From IMG/VR virus record IMGVR_UViG_3300034152_000554: 34,261 nt of DNA. One strand, given 5' to 3'. Source of the stretch: an uncultured virus (IMG/VR IMGVR_UViG_3300034152_000554) (Duplodnaviria; Heunggongvirae; Uroviricota; Caudoviricetes). The position numbers were made by a program, and so were the translations under genes. Shown piece after piece: positions 25,348 to 33,615 of the stretch (position 1 is its first letter; each line of letters begins with the position of its first letter). The notes beneath the pieces are model-generated. The model did no database searches, had not been told where the DNA came from, and saw only the letters and a program-made list of their open reading frames with translations.

Positions 25348-25533
25348 ATGAAGCGTTATATTATCATCTCATTCGAGGGTGGTGATCAGTTTGTAACAAC
25401 CAGTCTGAAAGACAAAACTGTCATTGAATACACTGATGGCAAAGTAAGCATCGATCGGGTTGCTCTTATTGAAACGGAAGAAGAAACAGACAAAGGAGAA
25501 ATGAAGCAAATAAACTGGTTGACAGAACTTTAG
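25348..25533 (+). CDS. small hypothetical protein, paralog A
   Basis: GAGGGG RBS; near-identical N-terminus to 25563..25805. Confidence 0.75.
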   Translation: MKRYIIISFEGGDQFVTTSLKDKTVIEYTDGKVSIDRVALIETEEETDKGEMKQINWLTEL

Positions 25534-25562
25534 ATACGGTCAAATTTTTAGGAGGACTACAA

Positions 25563-25805
25563 ATGAGGCGTTATATTATTATCTTTCTTGAAGATGGTGA
25601 TCAGTTTGTGACAACCAAACTGGAAGACAGCACTGTCATTGCATACGCCGATGGTGATGCAAACATCATTCGGGTTGACGACAGCGGTGATATTTATTTC
25701 ATTGACGAGAAATTCATTCTCAGTTCTGATAATTTCCTTGACCCAACAGAATCTCTCGAAGAGCGCAATCTGATCCCCTGGGTTAAGATTGATCCCCTGG
25801 GTTAA
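25563..25805 (+). CDS. small hypothetical protein, paralog B
   Basis: AGGAGG RBS; MRRYIIIFLEDGDQFVTT versus MKRYIIISFEGGDQFVTT. Confidence 0.78.
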   Translation: MRRYIIIFLEDGDQFVTTKLEDSTVIAYADGDANIIRVDDSGDIYFIDEKFILSSDNFLDPTESLEERNLIPWVKIDPLG

Positions 25806-25836
25806 GAGCTAGTTTTTACAAGGAGAAGAGAGACTT

Positions 25837-26334
25837 ATGGATATTCAAAAGATTGAAGAGATCGCTAACTGCATTCGCTACGAGTCAAGCTTGATTGACT
25901 TGCTATATGAGGGGCGCTACAACACTGCCTGGATTCAGCATCATATCAATATCCTGAATGAATGGGTCGCAGATTTGATTAAAGAACTGGGAATTGATGA
26001 TAACCCTGCTCCTGGTAAAACCGAAGACCCAAATGAGCATCAGCGCAGAGCGGAGCTACTGGAGATACCTGAAAGCCAGAGCGACCTCAAAAAGGCTGAC
26101 CCTGAGAAGACAGTATATCTACTGCTTGAGTACAGGCTTGATCCTGAGCATCAAGTGGTCTGCTATGACGTTATCAATGTGTACGATACCATTGAGGCGG
26201 TTGAGCGGCAAATTGAAAAAATCTATCAGGGGCTACCTGAGAACCTTCAGAAATTCTGCAAGCTCCAGAAATCACCTGCATCAATCTCTGGAACGTCCTA
26301 TTGCTGTGAGTATAAGGCTTATCAGCTTGAGTGA
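25837..26334 (+). CDS. hypothetical protein whose C-terminal domain resembles 1609..1881
   Basis: AGGAG upstream; VYLLL...DVINVYDTIEA..QIEKIYQGLP. Confidence 0.7.
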   Translation: MDIQKIEEIANCIRYESSLIDLLYEGRYNTAWIQHHINILNEWVADLIKELGIDDNPAPGKTEDPNEHQRRAELLEIPESQSDLKKADPEKTVYLLLEYRLDPEHQVVCYDVINVYDTIEAVERQIEKIYQGLPENLQKFCKLQKSPASISGTSYCCEYKAYQLE

Positions 26335-26343
26335 GAAAATCTT

Positions 26344-26372
26344 TTGACAGCAGGGTCGGGCTGGCTTAGAAT
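26344..26372 (+). promoter_or_regulatory. consensus sigma70 promoter of the primase-helicase gene
   Basis: TTGACA (26344-26349), 17 bp, TAGAAT (26367-26372). Confidence 0.8.
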
Positions 26373-26375
26373 AAA

Positions 26376-26452
26376 AATGTCCTGCCTCCCCATCCCTGGA
26401 AGAGCAGGACATTGTAAATTTATGATAAAACAATGGTTTTATGATAAAACAA
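26376..26452 (+). promoter_or_regulatory. structured 5' leader: 10-bp hairpin plus a 15-bp direct repeat
   Basis: AATGTCCTGC/GCAGGACATT (26376-26413); TTTATGATAAAACAA at 26419-26433 and 26438-26452. Confidence 0.6.
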
Positions 26453-29400
26453 AAAAACAAGTTTAGCAACACCTCCACCGCAAAAGTTTTCGGATCTTGC
26501 CCAATTTGCGGGTCAACAAAAGCCAAGTGCGCTTTTGGATTTGTCCAGAATGGCGACCAGCACAGGGTTACAGAGTTCTGGTGTTGGAATTATAAAGATT
26601 TGTCAAAAGTTGCTAAAGGTCAGGTTGCCGAAGACTTTGACCATAAAGGTGTCAACACAATTGGGGCTGACCGACTAAAGCCACGCAAGCCAATCACCTT
26701 CAGCGCCAGTGATGATATTTTGTATCGTCGTAGTGGATTTAGCGCTCAGCCAACGGGGGCCAGTAAGAAGCGCCAGAAAAAGAAGGCACTGGCCGCCAAT
26801 CCAATTATTGCCAACCTTGCCAGGAATGGGGGTGAACGGAAACAGCCTGCGCTGAGTGAAGTTGAAGAGGATCGTCTTGTTCAGCTTCTCAGTGGCGGGT
26901 TAAATGACCTGGAAGCGGTTCCGCAGTTCAAAGGATATACTGCCAGGGTCGATAAGTGGCTTGCCGATAGAGGGGTTACTGAGTTCGGTAGAGCTTATGC
27001 TAAGACCCTGGGGTACAGTGAGATTGTTGGGACTAATTATGACGAGCGCAAAACTGGCGCACGGATTAATTTCCCAACTAAAGCCGATGAACGGTTAGCA
27101 AGCTACTGTCCAGGATTTGATTCTAATAGCCGCTGGCGTAATGCTGTCAGCGGATTTTTAATGCCCTACCGGCGGCTTAATGGGCTGAGAGCAATTGGAC
27201 AGATTGCCAACCAGGGCAAAGGTGGCGGCAAATATGTAGCACTGTCTGGCGGTGACAAGGGCAATACATTTGCTGATAGCGGTCTTAATACATCAAGGCT
27301 CTATCCCCATGTCCATCCTGAAACCAGCGTCAATGATGTCCGAGAAGTCTGGTTCACTGAAGGCTGCCTAAAGCCGTTAATTCTGGCTGATCATATTTGG
27401 GCATCAGGCCGCAAAGATGTCATGGTAGTTGGTGCGCCTGGGGTGTGGTCACTGGTTGATGAGCGCAGCCGGTTAGAGCTATTAGAGATTCTGCGGGAAA
27501 CTGGGGCCAGAGTGTTTCGGATTGCGCTCGATGCTGGCTATGCCAATAACAGCCGAGTTGCTGTACCGATGCTGGTGCTGGGCGAACTGCTGCACTATTA
27601 CACCAACTCCTATGCTGATATCCAATACCTGCACTGGAACCAGTATGCCAAGAGTGAGCATGTTGGTGATCTTGAAAAGGGCTGGGTTCCAGAAGGCAAG
27701 AGCAATATTGGACTTGATCCTGATGAGATTGCAATTCCGCACCAGACAATTCCCTGGCAGCGGTGGCAGGTTGGTCAGGTTATCCAAAACATTACGAATA
27801 GCCACAGGGCTTCAATTGTCAAGATTGACCGGCATATTGTTGATCTGCAATGCCACATTACCGGGCATATTGTTAGGAGTGATGCCCGATCGCTGGTCGA
27901 ACAGGGAATTGTGGTAACTGTACCATCAGTTGATTTGATTAAAAGCAAATCAATCCAGAAGATTGCTGAAGAGTTGAATCCGGCAATCTATCAGCAAGAG
28001 CAGGCAGATAGCAACAAGGCTTCAGTGACACTGGAAGATCAGGTACAGCGCAAGCTTCCATTCAATTGCAAGCAGATTGTTGATTGGAGTTTTGTAAAAA
28101 AAAGCAGCGAAACAGAACCGGCTACAACGACTGGCTGCTTACCTGGTTCGGCTGTCGTACTGGAACCAGAAGAGGAAGGAAAGGTTAAAGTCCCGGTAAT
28201 TGACTGGGAAGCAACTAAGCGAATGCAGCGGCAGCGCTATAACCGGCTCACTGGGGTTGAGAGTACACGCTGCTGGGACGATGAGGGAAAATTGAAATAT
28301 GAGATTATTCATAGTACACCTGTCCCCTTGAGCCTGCACGTTAATGATAACGATTACCAGTCTCGCTGGGATATTGCTTCTCAGTGGGACAGTTCCCAGT
28401 GGGCAGATCAGCCAACGTCGGATAGCTACAATATCGTCACGCTACCTACTGAGGTTTATGACAGCTATAACCGGCATGAAACCTGGATCAAATATATTAA
28501 GCAGGTTGATGATAAATTTTCTCGATTCGGTGAGCGGCTACGCTTGATCCTTGACCGTAGCGGAACCGGGACTGGCAAGAGCTATGGGGCAGCAACCCTC
28601 TCGATTGATGATCTTGATGGCTATGTTGATAAGATTGTCATTACAACATCGTCACCGCTTAACTGGATGCGGGAAGAGTTTCCTGATCTGGCTAGACTGC
28701 GGGGCAGAGATAATGGCCGCAAGCTTGAAACAGTTGTTTCCCCGACTGGTGAAAGCAGCAAACGGTTGCGGGCAATCAGTCGGGCTGATCTATTAAATAA
28801 AGAGCTTGATAAAGAACTTGAAGCCAACTGTGTCCGGGCTGGTGTGCAGCAGCAGATATTTACCAATGGCCTCAATCCTAAAGCAATTAATATTTGTACT
28901 GGCTGCCCATTTGAAAAGGTGTGCGGCTACAGCGAAGGCAAAGGGTTTGGCTATAAGAAGGCGATGTCTGAATCGCTAAAAGCTGATGTGATTGTTGGGC
29001 ATCCATCGCAAATTGCTTCAGCAATCTTGAAAGCGGAAACTGAGGGGACAAATGATTTCCAGTCGGTGCTGTGGATTATCGATGAAGCTGAAGCCCACGA
29101 ATGGAGTCAGACAACAACATTTGCTAAAGAACGAATTGAGTTGAGCTTTGGCCGCCTATCAGACCGGGCATTTGAGTTGCTGGAAAAGGGCTATATCGAT
29201 GATGTCAAAGTAGCAATGTTTGTCAGTAAAGTTAAAAAGGCATTTCTGAAACTGGCAAACCAGAAGCGCAAATATGCAACCAGCAACCAGGAGTTTGTCA
29301 GTCAGCTATATCGGTTAGTCGCTAAAGAAGCAGACAGTGATCCAGGCAGCTACCGGATGCCAACTCTGACACGGACGCATTTTGCTTTAATGCGAGATGA

Positions 29401-32134
29401 CCTTGAGAAGATGCTTGAGATTGACCAGCTTGATGGTGAGGCTGATGATATCCCATCCTGGCGACGACGGGAATTAGCTGAGCAACTAGAGCAGGAAGAG
29501 CAGGATCGGATTGTTAAGGTTATCGAAGAGGACTGCATCGTTGAGTTTTTTGAAGACCTCTACAATGCGTTACTGATCTATGAGTATCGGCGGGACAGTG
29601 AGCTATTGCCCAGGGGGGCTGAAAGGATTGCCAATAACCTGGCAGCATTTTCGATTGAGCCAACTGGGGCGCTGACCATTAAGCGACGTAATGATCTACT
29701 GCTGGAGGCAATTAACAGTAGTCGGGTTGCTTCAGTCATTTTGATGGATGCAACTGCTGACCCGGAACTGTTGAGCGCTCAGTTAGGGATCGAGCCAATT
29801 GAAGGGCATGATGGGCGTTACTATAACCCAATTGCCACGATTGAAGGCAAAGCTGACTATGGCTATCTTGTTAATGCCAGCAAAGGGATTGCAGGAATTA
29901 CCAGTAAGCGAGATGTGCTGAACTATCTTGACTTCTGGAAGCAGCAGAAGAAAGATAGCATTCGACAGCAGCTACAGTTCAAGATGCAGCAAGCAATTGC
30001 GGCAATGGTTAATGCTAACCAGATCGATATTGATGGCCTGGAAGCGCAAGCTGAGAGCAGGCGGTGTCATCCCTATGCAGTATCAGGTCGCCATCACATT
30101 GGGGATCTGGCAGCGGTTCTGGGGCTAGACCGCAATGAAATCGATGTTAAAGCGCTATGCCAGAACATCAAAGATACCTGCACTGCACTGCTGGAAAAAG
30201 AGGCAATTGAACTGGAAGCTGAACTGGAAGCTGAACTGGAAGGCAAGCTTGGCTTGATCCCAGATGACATCCATACCAACCTGGCAGAATATCTCAATGA
30301 GATATTGCTGGTGAACCCAATTGATCAGCTAATTGATGCTGATACTGGTAAGTGGGGTAAAGTGCAGGAGTCAGGGATTACCGAACTGTTAGCCAGTGTG
30401 TTTCGTGATAACCAGGATGACAGTGAAGAGAAGACACAGGAAGAACTGGAGCAGGAATATCTCAAAGCAGTCACCAATGCGGCTGAAGTGCTGGAGCGGT
30501 TCCAGTCTTTATATGGCAATGAATTGATTGGCAAGCAGATTGCAGATGAAGACCTTGGCGCAATTAAAGCAGCACAAGAGTTACTGTCAGATGAGTTTCT
30601 GACTGACTACCTGGGTGATGCGGAAGCAGGCAGTTGGGCTAAGAAGCTGATCCGTTACTGGCTCAACGGGGGCCAGGGTGAAGGGCATACCAATCTGCGG
30701 ATCGTGCAGGTAACTGGGCTGGGCCTGCTTGGAATCAACCCAAGAGAGAAACAAAAGGAGAAGGCGTATTTAGTTATTGAGCAGCTTCAGCAACGGATTA
30801 AGGAAGAACAGCGGCTCAACGGTAAACCGACAACTGGTGGGGCAGTCATTGGACACCGCAGTTGGAACCAGGAAAATGATGCTGCATTCTTTGTTGATAG
30901 TCGAGGAATCAACCTGTTCCAGAATACTGATTACCTCATTGTCAGGGGCACTCCGTTTCCATCAATTGCCCAACTGGAGATGGAGTATAAGCTGTTCTAT
31001 AACGAAGAGGCGCAAAGTAAGGAGATCAAGAAAACTGAGTATCCAGTCTTTGATGTCAATTTAGAAGCAGGGCAGCCTTATCTCTACCGGGAGGTTGGGC
31101 GTGAGTTCTCTAACCCGAAATTCCAGCGATTTGTCCGTCATAAAATCCTGGCTGAAATCGAGCAGACAGTAGGCCGAACCCGATACAACCGACGACCGGG
31201 GGATGAGATCACTGTGTTTATCGTGTCTGATTTCCCATTACCCTATGCTGTTGAAACAGTTCATTATGAAGACCTGATTGCCAATAAGTTCGATAGCAAG
31301 GATGAGTTGGCAAGCAGTAACCAACGAGTACAAATTGCTATCAATGCCCTGCTTGATAGCAAGCTCAGGCCAACCCTGGCCCGTGTTGCTCAGATGACAG
31401 TATTGTCTGAGCGAACAATCCAACGGACTGAAAGCTGGAAGACATTTAGACAACAGTGCAAGCAGAAGCTCATTGATGTCAGTGAACTGATGGCTCGTAA
31501 ACAAACTCCTGGACGGATCGGCAAGGGCAAGACTAATAAAGCTCAGGCCAAACAGGGTGGATTCCAGCCAGAGAAAAAGCAGGTGCATGTCCCCAAACAT
31601 CGTCCTGCCAGCATTGGAAAAACCCCAGTTGGAATTAGCCAGGAAAAAGAGGGCTCTAATCCAGTCGTGGCAAGGGATAGAGGCCAGTCGAAAAACACGA
31701 CAAAGTGTATTAATAATAATAAAGGGGGCGCACGACAGGAATCAAATGACACGCTATCCAGGGATGACGCTTCTAATAACGCACCAATTCCACCCCGGAT
31801 CAAAGATGATTCAGGGGTCAAAAAATCGCAAGATTTGGAAATAAAGCAGGAGTCGAACAATCTTAGTGAGAAATCGGTTGCCCCTATTAGTAATAGGCGT
31901 GAGACTGACGAGGGCGTGCAGAGTTCGGCTGACCAGCAGACTGACAGCAAGACTGACGGTAAGACTGACAGTAAGCCTGCAATTGGGTTTAAGCGTGATG
32001 ATAAGCCGTTGCCCTGGAATTACTTTCATGGGCATGAGAGTGTTGACGGGTTTGCCAGTGGTAATGGCAAGTCAATTACAAAGCAAATCAGCAAGGGCAT
32101 GAAAGATAAAGGCAAACCTGGCAGGTCTGGCTAG
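26441..32134 (+). CDS. multidomain replication protein: Zn-finger + TOPRIM/DUF3854-like primase + Fe-S SF2 helicase + C-terminal HTH and disordered tail
   Basis: CPICG...C; VWFTEG.LK, GAPGVW and IALDA (TOPRIM-like); SGTGTGKS; NC...ICTGCPFEKVC; IIDEAE; MDATA; SRGINLF; EQTVGRTR; PTLARVAQMTVLSERTIQR (HTH-like). Confidence 0.8.
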   Translation: MIKQKNKFSNTSTAKVFGSCPICGSTKAKCAFGFVQNGDQHRVTEFWCWNYKDLSKVAKGQVAEDFDHKGVNTIGADRLKPRKPITFSASDDILYRRSGFSAQPTGASKKRQKKKALAANPIIANLARNGGERKQPALSEVEEDRLVQLLSGGLNDLEAVPQFKGYTARVDKWLADRGVTEFGRAYAKTLGYSEIVGTNYDERKTGARINFPTKADERLASYCPGFDSNSRWRNAVSGFLMPYRRLNGLRAIGQIANQGKGGGKYVALSGGDKGNTFADSGLNTSRLYPHVHPETSVNDVREVWFTEGCLKPLILADHIWASGRKDVMVVGAPGVWSLVDERSRLELLEILRETGARVFRIALDAGYANNSRVAVPMLVLGELLHYYTNSYADIQYLHWNQYAKSEHVGDLEKGWVPEGKSNIGLDPDEIAIPHQTIPWQRWQVGQVIQNITNSHRASIVKIDRHIVDLQCHITGHIVRSDARSLVEQGIVVTVPSVDLIKSKSIQKIAEELNPAIYQQEQADSNKASVTLEDQVQRKLPFNCKQIVDWSFVKKSSETEPATTTGCLPGSAVVLEPEEEGKVKVPVIDWEATKRMQRQRYNRLTGVESTRCWDDEGKLKYEIIHSTPVPLSLHVNDNDYQSRWDIASQWDSSQWADQPTSDSYNIVTLPTEVYDSYNRHETWIKYIKQVDDKFSRFGERLRLILDRSGTGTGKSYGAATLSIDDLDGYVDKIVITTSSPLNWMREEFPDLARLRGRDNGRKLETVVSPTGESSKRLRAISRADLLNKELDKELEANCVRAGVQQQIFTNGLNPKAINICTGCPFEKVCGYSEGKGFGYKKAMSESLKADVIVGHPSQIASAILKAETEGTNDFQSVLWIIDEAEAHEWSQTTTFAKERIELSFGRLSDRAFELLEKGYIDDVKVAMFVSKVKKAFLKLANQKRKYATSNQEFVSQLYRLVAKEADSDPGSYRMPTLTRTHFALMRDDLEKMLEIDQLDGEADDIPSWRRRELAEQLEQEEQDRIVKVIEEDCIVEFFEDLYNALLIYEYRRDSELLPRGAERIANNLAAFSIEPTGALTIKRRNDLLLEAINSSRVASVILMDATADPELLSAQLGIEPIEGHDGRYYNPIATIEGKADYGYLVNASKGIAGITSKRDVLNYLDFWKQQKKDSIRQQLQFKMQQAIAAMVNANQIDIDGLEAQAESRRCHPYAVSGRHHIGDLAAVLGLDRNEIDVKALCQNIKDTCTALLEKEAIELEAELEAELEGKLGLIPDDIHTNLAEYLNEILLVNPIDQLIDADTGKWGKVQESGITELLASVFRDNQDDSEEKTQEELEQEYLKAVTNAAEVLERFQSLYGNELIGKQIADEDLGAIKAAQELLSDEFLTDYLGDAEAGSWAKKLIRYWLNGGQGEGHTNLRIVQVTGLGLLGINPREKQKEKAYLVIEQLQQRIKEEQRLNGKPTTGGAVIGHRSWNQENDAAFFVDSRGINLFQNTDYLIVRGTPFPSIAQLEMEYKLFYNEEAQSKEIKKTEYPVFDVNLEAGQPYLYREVGREFSNPKFQRFVRHKILAEIEQTVGRTRYNRRPGDEITVFIVSDFPLPYAVETVHYEDLIANKFDSKDELASSNQRVQIAINALLDSKLRPTLARVAQMTVLSERTIQRTESWKTFRQQCKQKLIDVSELMARKQTPGRIGKGKTNKAQAKQGGFQPEKKQVHVPKHRPASIGKTPVGISQEKEGSNPVVARDRGQSKNTTKCINNNKGGARQESNDTLSRDDASNNAPIPPRIKDDSGVKKSQDLEIKQESNNLSEKSVAPISNRRETDEGVQSSADQQTDSKTDGKTDSKPAIGFKRDDKPLPWNYFHGHESVDGFASGNGKSITKQISKGMKDKGKPGRSG
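30208..30242 (+). repeat. 12-bp in-frame tandem repeat, about 3 copies (ELEA)
   Basis: TGAACTGGAAGC repeated. Confidence 0.85.
31692..31730 (+). repeat. 39-bp origin-like element, copy 2 (inside the replication gene)
   Basis: AAAACACGACAAAGTGTATTAATAATAATAAAGGGGGCG; 34/39 identical to 11194-11232. Confidence 0.8.
31938..31973 (+). repeat. 12-bp imperfect tandem repeat, 3 copies (TDSK/TDGK)
   Basis: AGACTGACAGCA AGACTGACGGTA AGACTGACAGTA. Confidence 0.8.
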
Positions 32135-32138
32135 ACGG

Positions 32139-32177
32139 TTGACAATTGACCTGCGTAACGTTGATAATATTTATCAA
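32139..32177 (+). promoter_or_regulatory. promoter with operator TTGATAATATTTATCAA (32161-32177)
   Basis: TTGACA (32139-32144) and GATAAT (32163-32168, 18-bp spacer); the palindrome overlaps the -10 region. Confidence 0.7.
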
Positions 32178-32279
32178 GTGGTGATAGTAATGAATGACTT
32201 AGTGACATATAACTCAGTGGCATATACTGTTCATTTTGAAAAAATTCAACAAGCCTGCACATCTAGAGGCAGGTTTAAT

Positions 32280-32444
32280 ATGTCTCTCTATCAATCCAGA
32301 TTGGATCAACTTCAAAAGCGATACAAACGAGAATTAGAATTGATGAGTCTTGACAGTCCTTACAGAAATCAGCTAGTTGAAAATCTTGTTCAGCTAGAAA
32401 CAGAAATTGAATGGTGTGAAAAAGAATCTGAAAAGTATTGGTGA
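32280..32444 (+). CDS. small coiled-coil hypothetical protein (start may be 32190)
   Basis: GAGG/CAGG upstream of ATG 32280; the TTG at 32139 is the -35 box. Confidence 0.55.
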   Translation: MSLYQSRLDQLQKRYKRELELMSLDSPYRNQLVENLVQLETEIEWCEKESEKYW

Positions 32445-32450
32445 TAACAG

Positions 32451-32801
32451 ATGAATGAGACTGTAAAGGAATTAACTGAAAAGCGATTGATGGGCTATCC
32501 CAAAGAGGTTCTGGTCAGATGGATCACAAGGCATTCAATCATTGATTGGGGAAAGCTTGATCTCCTTTGGGAGGATATTAACCTTGAGCAAAACAGGCTT
32601 AAGATTGAAGAGTTGCTGGAAAAGCAAGTAGCATTGATGGATCAAATGAAAGACTGCCCTGTAGGTAGGAAGTGGTGGGAGCTAAATGATGAATGGGACA
32701 CGCTTCAATCAAAAATTGATCAATTACGGGGCAGGACAGACAAAATTCTAAAAGCAAGAGCGGCTGCAATTAAAAGCGAGATTAAAAAGGAGGATAGCTA
32801 A
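32451..32801 (+). CDS. hypothetical coiled-coil protein
   Basis: 116-aa ORF in operon context. Confidence 0.7.
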   Translation: MNETVKELTEKRLMGYPKEVLVRWITRHSIIDWGKLDLLWEDINLEQNRLKIEELLEKQVALMDQMKDCPVGRKWWELNDEWDTLQSKIDQLRGRTDKILKARAAAIKSEIKKEDS

Positions 32802-32803
32802 TC

Positions 32804-33526
32804 ATGGACACTGGATACATTACGGCACTGTGCAATACCTATTTCAAGAAAGACTGGAGACTTCAGGCATCTGAGCTACCCGACAATCAAAAGATGCCTG
32901 CTGGAATTGGTTCTAACTTCAAGGTTGAACTGTGTGAAGAGCGGGAAGAGGGTGAAGAGGGTGAACCTTCAAAGCTTCTAGATTTGAATGGGCACTTTCG
33001 GGTATCGCTGGCTGACCATGACAATGAAGAGTGGTACATCTTTGGTCGGCACTGGCAGCTACCCTGGCAGGTCATTGTTGCTAAAAACGAAACACCAATT
33101 TATCTACCTGAGTATGACCAGGTTAATTGGCACGACTGGACATGGCATGTATCGAAATACTTCACTGTTGGCGAAGTGACCTTGCGGGATAAGAGGCGCA
33201 TTCCCTCTGATGATCGGGTTAAGAAGAACATTATTGCAGTTGCTCGTGAAGCTGACGAGATTCGTGAATGGTGGGGAAGCCCTCTGGGTGTAAACTCCTG
33301 GTATCGTCCCTGGGATATTAATCGGGCAATTGGATCGAAAGCGCCCAACCATCCAAACGGGTGGGCAATTGATCTGCGCCCTCTTGATGGTTCAATCTGG
33401 GAGTTTCAGAAACGCTTTGAAGAGGAATGGTACAAGACCGGCAAATGGAAAGGTGGCTTTGGTAAAGGAGCTAACCGGGGCTTTATCCATATTGACCTGG
33501 GTAAGCGTCGATGCTGGAATTACTAA
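32804..33526 (+). CDS. peptidase M15A (D-Ala-D-Ala carboxypeptidase-like) cell-wall hydrolase / endolysin candidate
   Basis: SKYFTVGEV, IREWWGSPLGVNSWYRP..IN..IG, NH..GWAID and FIHIDL (Zn ligands His/Asp/His); AGGAGG RBS. Confidence 0.9.
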   Translation: MDTGYITALCNTYFKKDWRLQASELPDNQKMPAGIGSNFKVELCEEREEGEEGEPSKLLDLNGHFRVSLADHDNEEWYIFGRHWQLPWQVIVAKNETPIYLPEYDQVNWHDWTWHVSKYFTVGEVTLRDKRRIPSDDRVKKNIIAVAREADEIREWWGSPLGVNSWYRPWDINRAIGSKAPNHPNGWAIDLRPLDGSIWEFQKRFEEEWYKTGKWKGGFGKGANRGFIHIDLGKRRCWNY

Positions 33527-33563
33527 AACGATACTGACGCTCTTCTCTTCTATTGCTCTATCT

Positions 33564-33589
33564 TCTAAATTCCCTTCGGGGAATTTTTT
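33564..33589 (+). terminator. 17-bp motif copy 4, forming an AAATTCCC-TTCG-GGGAATTT hairpin with a T tail
   Basis: Perfect 8-bp stem with a cUUCGg tetraloop; the motif ends 36 nt before ATG 33616. Confidence 0.65.
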
Positions 33590-33615
33590 AAGCAAATTTA
33601 TGAGGCATTCCAATT

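Noticed and set aside
29850..30690. Intein in the primase-helicase
   Set aside because: No Cys/Ser block A start, no His-Asn followed by Cys/Ser/Thr, and no LAGLIDADG motif recognised.
30208..31973. 12-bp tandem repeats as iterons
   Set aside because: They are in-frame, codon-multiple repeats in helical or disordered protein regions and are best explained by slippage.
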